A stretch of 64,000 nt of DNA, taken from positions 20,956,001 through 21,020,000 of the forward strand of contig NC_134474.1 in assembly GCF_964194025.1 (NCBI RefSeq), written 5' to 3'. Made by a program: the position numbers and the translations under genes. The notes under the pieces were generated by a model. That model did not search any database. It was not told the DNA's origin and saw only the letters and a program-made list of their open reading frames with translations. The DNA comes from Convolutriloba macropyga. Taxonomy: Eukaryota. Shown here one piece after another: positions 1 to 12,200 of this stretch. Positions within the stretch are counted from its first letter, which is position 1. Every line of letters starts with the position of its first letter.

Positions 1-13
1 TTTTCCTCACTAC

Positions 14-372
14 GTGCCAAGTAAAGACTCAGTATCCATTTCAATCAACTCATATTTGTTTGTATCGCAGAAAGAGGATAAGAAAATGTTTTTAAGTTGC
101 AACATTGTAATTTTGGCGTACAAGAGGATAAAGAACCCAACAATTTTTGGTTCTTTATGTGCAATACGTGTCTTGCTCATTTCTACCTCAAAAATCTGGT
201 CTTTCAGCTCATTCAGGGACTTGAAAACCTGTTGTTATTAAATCTATCTACATAAAGACCTTACAGATATTTTGTGGTCGTATGTCCGTAAGTCGACTAC
301 GGTCCATTATCTGATAACCATATCATTTGCATCCCAACTATTTCCAATCAACTTCACAGTCTCTGCAAGGAC
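14..372 (-). mobile_element. Degenerate fragment of a Polinton/Maverick (adintovirus-like) protein-primed family B DNA polymerase
   Basis: Minus-strand translation across frameshifts gives VLAETVKLIGNS..YGYQIMDRSR..HTTTKYL (motif B, KLxxNSxYG) and FKSLNELKDQIFEVEMSKTRIAHKEPKIVGFFILLYAKITMLQL...FCDTNKYELIEMDTESL (motif C, normally MDTDSL). The surrounding context matches what I recall of Polinton pPolB. Not present in the ORF track as a single ORF. Confidence 0.8.
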
Positions 373-713
373 TCTTAACCCGCATTTTTGAGAATAGAAA
401 GCAGATATTACAAAACAAGCTTTTTTCAATAAACAATTAAATTCAAAATTGAACTTTTGATAAAAATTGTTTTGAAAATGAATTTTAGAACTCAATTAAA
501 TATTAGTATCAAAGTATTAATTCAAAAGCATACATGAGCTTCAGCTTTTCTGAGTGTAAAACAGAATATTTCAAATTAATCAATCAATCAGTCGTCACTA
601 AAAATACTAGTATCAGATATGAAATCATACAGGAAACACAAACAAAAATAATCTGCAAAAGGAATAACTTCTCAGATTGCTAGTTTAGTTACCCTATAAC
701 TCAGTATGTCGTC

Positions 714-1824
714 TCAATTTGCCCGATGGAGGACACATTTTTTCTTTCTTGTCATCAACTTCTGGCTTTCTACTACCCTCTCTCTCAGGGTTATTGACAT
801 CAGGAGCCCTTCTCTTGACTGTCTTTTGTGTACAATACGCCGGTTGCTCACATTTGAGGGAAGTTTTTTCAGATATTGCTTCAATTGAATCATGAGAAAA
901 ATATGATCTTCGTTATCTGCACATTCATCGACTACTTTACTGAGGATGGTTTTGGCAGACTTGAGTGAAGTATTTTCAACAGTCGATGCTCCCCGTACTT
1001 CTTTCATTGTATCTTGTCCAGTTTCTGGAGAAAAATACAAAAAGGGGACTGCCTTGTCGCAATTTTTGCTGCCAAACTTGAGCTCAATTGCGTTCTCTTC
1101 CTCTATACTTGCAATGATACTCTCTGTCAATGACCCATTTTCCCAGTCGTCACAATCCCGATGAGGTTTCTGCTCCTGCAATTTGTCATACTCGTCAGAC
1201 ACACACCAGAGAAATTTAAGTTCTCTCTCCTCCTCAAAAAATCCCAGTTGATTTTCATACATTGGTCTATAGGACAACTCATAATCACAGAATTGCTCAC
1301 GGACTGATCTGCTCAGTTCCATGTTGTCTGACACTTGTAAATTTGTGTTTTCGACGCGGTTTTTGTAGAAGTCTGGAGTTGTCTGTTTGTATGGAACAGA
1401 GACCTCAGGCAAATTCTCGATAGCAATAATGAAGACCAGGAGCTGCCTCGGAATTGAGACTGGAGGATCAGCTACCCAGCCGAAGCAAGTTTTTCTCTCC
1501 TTTATAATTGCAACATCATCATTGAAATCGGGGAAGAAAATGTGGGCTTTGAGATTTTCGTTCAGTTTCACGGATTTGATGTTCATTATTCCAGCCTTTT
1601 TTTGGTTGAAGACGGTTGAAATACTAAAAAAAACTAAAGCTAAAAATAAAATACCCGTATTGGTGAATCTTTCTCTCTGAAGAATTAATATGCTATTTGC
1701 GAATGAGTACGATGATAAAAATAGCCAATTGTTTGTTTTTTCTTGCTTGTTTTCATATTTCATAACAGAAATGACTTACGTGGAATGGGAAATAGCAAGA
1801 GGTCCTGGAGATGACGAATATTCA
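714..1824 (-). CDS. Spliced orphan gene of unknown function; exons 1780-1824 and 714-1623; probable start MNIKSV at about 1586 or in a further upstream exon
   Basis: More than 290 uninterrupted codons in AT-rich DNA. A 45-nt exon is bounded by ccttcAG and GTAAGT. The 156-nt intron 1624-1779 ends ttttttAG and joins the exons in frame (..SHST/ISTVFNQKKAGIMNIK). No family recognised. Confidence 0.55.
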
Positions 1825-2539
1825 CTGAAGGGTTTATAAATGATAACTTGGTTTTGCAACAGAAGGAGCAAGAAATTGTCTCAAGATAAGAATAAAAGCT
1901 AGCTTTTGTTGAGCTAATGAACAGAAGGAAAAAAGAAGCACAATGAATTGGACTTTTGTTTATACAGTATGATAAAAACTGAAATCAATATGACGCAATA
2001 GTGACGTAATTATTACGATACTATGAGTAAGACTTATATCACGTGAGCTCCGCATGCTTTGATAAAGAATGAAAAATCATATTGCCATTAGTGTGGATTA
2101 TATTTTGTTCACATTAGTTCAATGAGCCCATACAATGCCTGGATATCCGCAATTGTGGCAATCATACGAAGTAGTTGAACTACACTTTTTCTCAAAGAGG
2201 TCAGTGACCCACCTACATGGATGAGATCACCTAATTGTTCGTAATTTTGAAGATAGTAGGACGTAAATGTTGAACTACTATGATTAAACTGATGTATTTT
2301 ATGACTAATTTTAGACGACAGTAAATAATTCGTGACAAGTTTTTGCTCATAAAACCTATATTAATCAGCGGAGAAGAGTCATCATCACAAAAGACGACGT
2401 CTAAAGTTGATGTTTGTCAAGTCACTAAATAATTGGATTGTCGGGAAGAAATTTGATAAATACAGATGATGGCAAGATTGTCTAATTTATGATATGTTTT
2501 GGATAAATATTTGATGAATTTTTGTTATTTCGTTTTCTA

Positions 2540-2940
2540 TTTGGGTATTTTATAAAAATTCTAACACATTGGGTGGAGTTTGGTTGTTCTTTGACAGGAT
2601 ATCTCCACTTTGTGGTAAAAATCGGTATTTTTCGGGAAGATTTGAGTGTTCGTTTGGCAATTACAGCGCAGTTTTTGCTAGACCTGGGTTTTTTTTTGGC
2701 AGGAACTGCGAATTTTTGTTAACATAACAATTGTGTATTTTTTGCTAAAAATGGTGTATTTCTGGACTAGAAACGGGTATTTTCGGGCTAGAATTGGTTC
2801 TTTTGGTACGAATTTGGTATTTTTTTCAACATTTTGCTATTTTAGGCAATAATTGGATGTTTCGTGTCAAGAATTGAGTGTTTGTTCACAATAAATGTGT
2901 ATTTTTGAGGATAGGTGTGTCTTTTTTCCCTTAAGAATTG
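2540..2940. repeat. Degenerate T/G-rich ~21-bp minisatellite
   Basis: Recurring gtgtattttt...ctaga/aaatt units on the left flank of the satellite. Confidence 0.4.
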
Positions 2941-2949
2941 GAATGTGTT

Positions 2950-5900
2950 ATTGAGGGATTATCTTGCTAATCCATTTCGTGTGAACAGTTTGGACATCAT
3001 GCGGTGAGGTACGTCTTTGTAAATTGACATTTGTAAAGTGTAATATGAGAAACCGTGAATGGCCTAACTAATTTGCTGTTAAGGCTCTATCTTGCTAATC
3101 TCCTTCGTGTAAACAGCTTAGACACCATGCTGATAGGTTCACTTTTGAAAATTTACATTATTAAAGTTTAATATGGTAGGGAGTCAATGACCTTACTGAT
3201 TCGATGTTAAGTCACTGTCATGTTAATCCCCTTCGTTTGAAAAGCTTGGGTATCATGCTGTGAGGTACAATTTTGAAAAGTCGTACGTAACTGTGAATGA
3301 GTTATCCTGTCTAATTTAATAATGAAACATTGCCTTACTAATATCCTTCGTGTGAACAGCTTGGGTGTCATGCTGTGAGGTACGTCTTTGGAAATTTACA
3401 TCATTAAAGTGTAATATGGAAAGGCGTCAATGACCCATTTTGTTATTAAGGGATTATCTTGCTAATCCCCTTCGTGTGAACAGCTTGGGCATCATGCTGT
3501 GAGGTACGTCTTTGGAATTTGACATTAGTAAAGTGTAGTATGAGAAAAGGTAAAGGACCTTACTGATTTCTTATTGAGGGATTATCTTGCTAATCCTTTT
3601 CGTGAGAACAGCTTGGGTGTCATGCTGTGAGGCACATCTTTGGAAATTTACATTATTAAAGTGCAATATGGGAATGAGTAAATGACCTTACTAATTTAAT
3701 ATTAAGGGATTAACTTGCTAACCCCCACTTGGGGGTCAATGGTCTTACTAATTTGTTGTTAAGGCACTGTCTTGCTAATCCCCTTCGTGTGAACAGCTTG
3801 GGTGTCACGCTGTGAGGTACGTCTTTGGAAATTTACAATAGTAAACTGTAATATGGTAGGGGGTCAATGTCCTTACTAATTTGTTGTTAAGGCACTGTCT
3901 TGCTAATCTCCTTCGTGTGAACAGCTTGGGTATCATGTTGTGCGCAACATTTTTGAAAATCACGTAAGCCGTACATAACTGTGAGTCATCATATCTAATT
4001 TAATATTTAAACATTTTATAGCTAATCCCCTTCGTCTGAACAGCGTGGGTATCATGCTGTGAGGTACGTTTTTGGAAATTTACTTTATTAAAGTCTAAAA
4101 TGGTAGGGGGTCAATGACCTTACTGATTTGTTGTTAAGACACTGTCTTGCTAATCCCTTTAGTGTGAACAGCTTGAGTGTCATGCTGTGAGGTACGTCTT
4201 TGGAAACTGACATTAATAAAGTGTAATATGGTTGGGGGTCAATAACCTTACTGATTTGTTGTTAAGGCACTATCTTGCTAATCCCCTTCGTGTGAACAGC
4301 TTGGGTGTCACGCTGTGAGGTACGTCTTTGGAAATTTACATTAGTAAACTGTAATATGGTAGGGGGTCAATGTCCTTACTAATTTGTTGTTAAGGAACTG
4401 TCTTGCTAATCCCCTTCGTGTGAACAGCTTGGGTATCATGCTGTGAGGTACACTTCTGAAAATCACGTAAACCGTACGTAAGTGTAAATGAGTCACCCTA
4501 TCTAATTTAATATCAAATCATTACCTAACTAATCCCCTTTGAGAGAACAGCTTGGGTATCATGCTGTGAGGTACGTCTTTGGAAATTTACATTATTAAAG
4601 TGCAATATGGGAATGAGTAAATGACCTTACTAATTTAATATTAAGGGATTAACTTGCTAACCCCCACTTGGGGGTCAATGGTCTTACTAATTTGTTGTTA
4701 AGGCACTGTCTTGCTAATCCCCTTCGTGTGAACAGCTTGGGTGTCACGCTGTGAGGTACGTCTTTGGAAATTTACAATAGTAAACTGTAATATGGTAGGG
4801 GGTCAATGTCCTTACTAATTTGTTGTTAAGGCACTGTCTTGCTAATCTCCTTCGTGTGAACAGCTTGGGTATCATGTTGTGCGCAACATTTTTGAAAATC
4901 ACGTAAGCCGTACATAACTGTGAGTCATCATATCTAATTTAATATTTAAACATTTTATAGCTAATCCCCTTCGTGTGAACAGCGTGGGTATCATGCTGTG
5001 AGGTACGTTTTTGGAAATTTACTTTATTAAAGTCTAAAATGGTAGGGGGTCAATGACCTTACTGATTCGATGTTAAGGCACTGTCATGCTAATCCCCTTC
5101 GTGTGAACAGCTTGGGTATCATGCTCTGAGGTACGTCTTTGGGAATTTACATTATTAAATTGTAATATGGTAGGGTGTCAATGACCTTACTGATTTGTTA
5201 TTAAGACACTGTCTTGCTAATCCCTTTAGTGTGAACAGCTTGAGTGTCATGCTGTGAGGTACGTCTTTGGAAATTGACATTAATAAAGTGTAATATGGTT
5301 GGGGGTCAATAACCTTACTGATTTGTTGTTAAGGCACTATCTTGCTAATCCCCTTCGTGTGAACAGCTTGGGTGTCACGCTGTGAGGTACGTCTTTGGAA
5401 ATTTGCATTAGTAAACTGTAATATGGTAGGGGGTCAATGTCCTTACTAATTTGTTGTTAAGGAACTGTCTTGCTAATCCCCTTCGTGTGAACAGCTTGGG
5501 TATCATGCTGTGAGGTACACTTCTGAAAATCACGTAAACCGTACGTAAGTGTAAATGAGTCACCCTATCTAATTTAATATCAAATCATTACCTAACTAAT
5601 CCCCTTTGAGAGAACAGCTTGGGTATCATGCTGTGAGGTACGTCTTTGGAAACTTACATTATTAAAGTGCAATATGGGAATGAGTAAATGACCTTACTAA
5701 TTTAATATTAAGGGATTAACTTGCTAACCCCCACTTGGGGGTCAATGGTCTTACTAATTTGTTGTTAAGGCACTGTCTTGCTAATCCCCTTCGTGTGAAC
5801 AGCTTGGGTGTCACGCTGTGAGGTACGTCTTTGGAAATTTACAATAGTAAACTGTAATATGGTAGGGGGTCAATGTCCTTACTAATTTGTTGTTAAGGCA

Positions 5901-8470
5901 CTGTCTTGCTAATCTCCTTCGTGTGAACAGCTTGGGTATCATGTTGTGCGCAACATTTTTGAAAATCACGTAAGCCGTACATAACTGTGAGTCATCATAT
6001 CTAGTTTAATATTTAAACATTTTATAGCTAATCCCCTTCGTGTGAACAGCGTGGGTATCATGCTGTGAGGTACGTTTTTGGAAATTTACTTTATTAAAGT
6101 CTAAAATGATAGGGGGTCAATGACCTTACTGATTTGTTGTTAAGACACTGTCTTGCTAATCCCTTTAGTATGAACAGCTTGAGTGTCATGCTGTGAGGTA
6201 CGTCTTTGGAAATTGACATTAATAAAGTGTAATATGGTTGGGGGTCAATAACCTTACTGATTTGTTGTTAAGGCACTATCTTGCTAATCCCCTTCGTGTG
6301 AACAGCTTGGGTGTCACGCTGTGAGGTACGTCTTTGGAAATTTACATTAGTAAACTGTAATATGGTAGGGGGTCAATGTCCTTACTAATTTGTTGTTAAG
6401 GAACTGTCTTGCTAATCCCCTTCGTGTGAACAGCTTGGGTATCATGCTGTGAGGTACACTTCTGAAAATCACGTAAACCGTACGTAAGTGTAAATGAGTC
6501 ACCCTATCTAATTTAATATCAAATCATTACCTAACTAATCCCCTTTGAGAGAACAGCTTGGGTATCATGCTGTGAGGTACGTCTTTGGAAATTTACATTA
6601 TTAAAGTGCAATATGGGAATGAGTAAATGACCTTACTAATTTAATATTAAGGGATTAACTTGCTAACCCCCACTTGGGGGTCAATGGTCTTACTAATTTG
6701 TTGTTAAGGCACTGTCTTGCTAATCCCCTTCGTGTGAACAGCTTGGGTGTCACGCTGTGAGGTACGTCTTTGGAAATTTACAATAGTAAACTGTAATATG
6801 GTAGGGGGTCAATGTCCTTACTAATTTGTTGTTAAGGCACTGTCTTGCTAATCTCCTTCGTGTGAACAGCTTGGGTATCATGTTGTGCGCAACATTTTTG
6901 AAAATCACGTAAGCCGTACATAACTGTGAGTCATCATATCTAGTTTAATATTTAAACATTTTATAGCTAATCCCCTTCGTGTGAACAGCGTGGGTATCAT
7001 GCTGTGAGGTACGTTTTTGGAAATTTACTTTATTAAAGTCTAAAATGATAGGGGGTCAATGACCTTACTGATTTGTTGTTAAGACACTGTCTTGCTAATC
7101 CCTTTAGTATGAACAGCTTGAGTGTCATGCTGTGAGGTACGTCTTTGGAAATTGACATTAATAAAGTGTAATATGGTTGGGGGTCAATAACCTTACTGAT
7201 TTGTTGTTAAGGCACTATCTTGCTAATCCCCTTCGTGTGAACAGCTTGGGTGTCACGCTGTGAGGTACGTCTTTGGAAATTTACATTAGTAAACTGTAAT
7301 ATGGTAGGGGGTCAATGTCCTTACTAATTTGTTGTTAAGGAACTGTCTTGCTAATCCCCTTCGTGTGAACAGCTTGGGTATCATGCTGTGAGGTACACTT
7401 CTGAAAATCACGTAAACCGTACGTAAGTGTAAATGAGTCACCCTATCTAATTTAATATCAAATCATTACCTAACTAATCCCCTTTGAGAGAACAGCTTGG
7501 GTATCATGATGTGAGGTACGTCTTTGGAAATTTACATTATTAAAGTGCAATATGGGAATGAGTAAATGGCCTAATTTAAAATTAAGGGATTAACTTGCTA
7601 ATCCCCCTCGTGTGAACAGCGTGGGTATCAAGCTGTGAGGTACATCTTTGGGATTTGAGGGAAAATGGGCTATACCTAATGTTAATACATAGGTAAATGA
7701 CCTTAATAATTTAATATCAAGGGATTATCTTGCTAATCCCCTCGTGTACAGCTTGGGTGTCATTCTGTGAGGTACGTCTTTGAAAATTTACATTAGTAAA
7801 GTGCAATATGGGAATAGGTAAATGACCTTACTAATTTAATATTAAGGGATTATCTTGCGAATCCCCCTCGCGTGAACAGCTTGGGTATCATGCTGTGAGG
7901 TACGTTTTTGGAAATTTACATTATTAAAGTGTAGTATGGTAGGGGGCAATGACCTTACTGATTCGATGTTAAGGCACTGTCATGCTAATCCCCTTCGTGT
8001 GAACAGCTTGGGTATCATGCTCTGAGGTACGTCTTTGGAAATTTACATTATTAAAGTGTAATATGGTAGGGTGTCAATGACCTTACTGATTTGTTGTTAA
8101 GGCTCTATCTTGCTAATCCCCCTCGTGTGAACACCTTGGGTGTCACGCTGTGAGGTACATCTTTAGAAATTTACATTAGTAAAGTGTAATATGGGAAGGG
8201 GTAAATGACCTTACTAATTTAATATCAAGGGATTATCTTGCTAATCCCCTCGTGTGAACAGCTTGGGTGTCATGCTGTGAGGTACACTTTTGGAAATTTA
8301 CATTATTAAAGTGTAATAAGGGAAAAGGTAAATGACCTTACTAATTTAATATCAAGGGATTATCTTGCTAATCCCCTCGTGTGAACAGCTTGGGTATCAT
8401 GCTGTGAGGTACGTCTTTGGGATTTGAGGGAAAATGGGCTATACGTAATCTTTATACATAGGTACGTCTT
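2950..8470. repeat. Tandem satellite with ~128-bp monomer (about 45 units) and a 939-bp higher-order repeat
   Basis: Core gctaatccccttcgtgtgaacagcttgggtatcatgctgtgaggtac recurs (3461 and 3589 are 128 bp apart). A diagnostic truncated monomer (acccccacttgggggtc) occurs at 3721, 4660, 5727 and 6666, giving spacings of 939, 1067 and 939 bp. Confidence 0.97.
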
Positions 8471-9214
8471 TTTACCTCCCCCCCCCCCCCCCCCCAGCTT
8501 TGCTCGCATATTACTACTGTTGACTAATCTCACACTCTGCAAAACTCAGTAATTTTCACTTAAACGTTCAAGATAATGGATATATAAAGGCAACAATACT
8601 CCCTCACCGACGGTTAGCTATAGATATGTCGATTACTCGGATTGATTTAAGTGCCATTTACTCAATGTCATTTACTCAAAATTTGTTTTTGTCGTTTTCT
8701 TATAAATCATGTATTGTTATATAGTTATTACTACTTAATACGTTACAGAGAAAAAATAGGACGTGCACTTGAGGCCCGTGTCTTAGGCTTCCGAAGCTGG
8801 TTGAAATACTATCATTATGCAGAAAGCGCAAACATAACCAACTAGCATGGGGGTCAGCGAGGCGGACGAACACGGGGAGGGTAGAGCGTCAAAATAAGAA
8901 CGGTCCTTCACACCATGAATTTATATCTCCAAAACACTTTCGTCGAATTACTGACTTAGAGTCTAGTAAGCCAAAGGCTCTAAGAGAACTTACTTGTTTA
9001 TCCCGTATTGAGGAGGAAAAGTCAATGGGTCAGACGAAAAATTGGTCAAGCGAAAAATCGCTTGAAGACCACAGGACTAATATAATTTCTACAAACTTCG
9101 TTTGAGAGCAATTAACAAGACAACATACAAATAAGGCCAAAAATGACAGAATACTGATTAGTATCAAAGGTCGCTAAAATTCACTAAAAATTACAAGCGC
9201 CCCCTCCAACTCAC

Positions 9215-12200
9215 ACATATAGGTTTGTTCTCTCCCTTTCGTTTGGCTTTGTTCCCATTCCCACTCGACATTTGTGACCTCAACTGGATGACTACCAAAG
9301 GCAACATGAAGAGAACCAGGAACGCAGGATAGGCCATTCCAATTGTCCAGTAGGGCACTGTCGAGTCCTTGTAGGGATATCTGAAAAATGATATCTGAAA
9401 AGTTTTTATAAATCCTATTCTGCTGAACTATCCTTTCCACAATTTATTAATACTCAAACCCCAATGGAACAAAAACAGTCGACGAACCATTTCTTTGAGT
9501 ACTTCACAGCTAATTTAAAAACCTAGTTGGCCGGATAAAAGCGACCTGAATCGATAAATTTGAAGAGCCCTCCAGCGCTCACAGCACCAGCAATAATTTA
9601 AATTGCGTTCTCATTTAAAACAAAAATCCATTGCCAATAAAAAGGAGAAACTGCCCGGGATGTGTTGTTTTGAGAAAACGAGACACCTCATTAAGGAGAT
9701 ATCGCGTTTGGTAACCGTGCGAAAGTCAGCACAAAAGGGACAAGCTTATGAATACCTGATAGTTTCATCGTCACAGAAGAAGCCCCTGTGAAATACAGGA
9801 AGCAGATTGGCGGTCTTCGCAGTCAGGTACTCCGCGAGAAGCAACACCAACAGAAGCACACAGTTGAACACCTTAACAACATATATTGAAACAAAGAGGC
9901 TCGGCAATGGGCGTTCCCAATTAATGTTTCGACCCTGCTAACTCCCATTCTTGGTTTAATTATCAACTAAATGAAGCAGAGATAGGAAAGTTTCAGAATA
10001 ATAAAGATTAGTTCATGCTTTGTAATATCATACTTGATGGATTGATTCTCCACAAAGACAAACGTGTATACCGATGAGGTTAATAACTGAGGTAAATAAC
10101 TTTTTTATTTGACTAGAATGGGCAAAAACTGAACTGATAGGACAAAAACTAACTGGACACCAAACTTAACCTAAAACCCATATAGAACGCACTATCCTCG
10201 CGCACAAACTCAGCTGCACGGCGCGTGATCAGATGGTTGTATAAAAAAACGTGAAAGACGATTACTTGGAAAACGAGACAAGTCTTCAGTTACAACCAAA
10301 GAAGTGAATGAACTGATGACTTAACTATTAAGTCATTGGTAGAAACAGCTTTGGGTAGTCAACAAAGCAAGTGACTCTACATACGCGACAATTAGCAAGT
10401 AAAATACAGTAGAAAACCTAAAAATGGAGAACTCCATTCTTATAAAAAAAACCCAGTGGTGCCAAAAGAATCAGAACCATTTAAAACAACTTTATATAAT
10501 AATTTTGGGCAGAATAATGAAAGACAGAATAACAAAAAGCACAAAAAACTCACAATGTATATCAAAACTATATTTTTTGAAAAATGATATCGGTTAAAAT
10601 TATTAAAACACTTAACTATATCTTCAAATCCTCAGCACCTCCAATTTGAGCATGCAGGTATTATCAATCCTCAATTCCACACAGCAACCAACAGAAAAAC
10701 AACCAGGCAAATGAAGGCAACATTCAAAAAATTTCACAAAACCTGTATCTCTTGATAAATGACATTAAAAGAAGCTGAAATGACTAAATAAATAATAAGT
10801 AGTAGAAAGACCATGAGACCCGTTATTTCCGATACTCTGAGACAAGACGGGCAAAACTACGACAAAATTACGGGCAAAACTAGAAAAACCAGCAAATAAT
10901 ATCGAAGTAAAAATACAGTCCGATAAAAAAAAATCACTAACAAAATTGCTTATGCTCCACTAGAAAGCCGAAGAGACCTGTCATTATTGAGACTAAGTCA
11001 CAAGTCAAGAGAACAACAAAAAGCAAAATTCAAAAATACGTATAAAATTTTGAAAAAAGATTATTTTTTAGTCATGAAACCATTAACTATCATTTTAAAC
11101 GACTCAATACGTTCACTCATTCATCCTTGCAAAGCCAGTGGGGCTTGTCAAAAAAAATTAAGTGAGAAAATTGCAAAAAAAAGAAACAAAGGCAAAAACT
11201 ACATTTAAACATTCATGAATACACATTGTATCGAAGTCATAAAAACCAAGAACAACTGACTGAAAACAATATACTGGTTCACTGATAAACTAAGGCTTCA
11301 TTAGAACGCCACTGAGACCTTGAAAATGATAATAGGCAGAGCACAACAAAAAGAACATAGGGCAAAACCAAAAAAAATCATTGAAGGTTTTCTATCAAAT
11401 CAAAATTATCATAGATATAAACGCTGTCATCAGATATAAGCTGAAACACCACGATAGAATAATTAAAGCCTCGTTAGAAAAAACTGGAGCCCAATAATCG
11501 ATGAGGCAATCTGATACACCAAGAAAAAACAGAAAACATAGGCAAACTCAAAAATTAGCAAGAATTTTATGAAAACCAAGCATCAAATTAAACACCAAGC
11601 ACTGACAATAATTTGCCTCTAAAACGAAAACTTGTTTAAACACTAATTTGTCACTTCATTTCGAAAGCGGTTTTCCTACTTTTAAAACTGTTAGTTTATT
11701 GCTCCCTTCACTATTCAGACATGAACAATAGCACTGTTCCAATTTACTTGATCACAAAATGATGAAGCAACCTTTGCAAACTTTTCAAAGGTTTTCTTGA
11801 AAAAAAACAACAAGTAACTGTAAAACAGAAAAAAAAACAACCATACGGCTTTCAATTAAGAATCATTAAAATTTGATATTCAATTGAAGTCAATAAAGTG
11901 TTAAAATTTTGCAAAATTTTGTTTTGTTTTTTTTTTCAAATATGTGCTCTCTAAACTAAATTACAGCAGATAGACAAGCAACAATGGCATAATCACTGAA
12001 CATTGTTATAAGTCAATGTTGAGCTACGTATCATAAAAACCAAACGCTCAATTGGGATAAAGTAGCTTTTCGAGTTCAAAGGTTCCTCTTTTTTAAGAAA
12101 TTATTATAACAAAAGCCATATCTTAATATCCAGTTCATGCAATCAGTGATTCTCTGGGATTTCGTTTTTTTGAATCTGACCAACTGAGTTAACATTAAGA

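Noticed and set aside
2950-8470. CRISPR-like repeat/spacer appearance
   Set aside because: The variable segments recur in a fixed HOR order rather than being unique spacers; there are no cas genes and the context is eukaryotic.
2950-8470. let-7-like (TGAGGTA) miRNA cluster or hammerhead ribozyme satellite
   Set aside because: The match is limited to 7 nt with no pre-miRNA hairpin, and I saw no CUGANGA...GAAA core on either strand.
9174-9440. 88-aa ORF in the track
   Set aside because: Wrong frame; the real exon reads YPYKDSTV in another frame.
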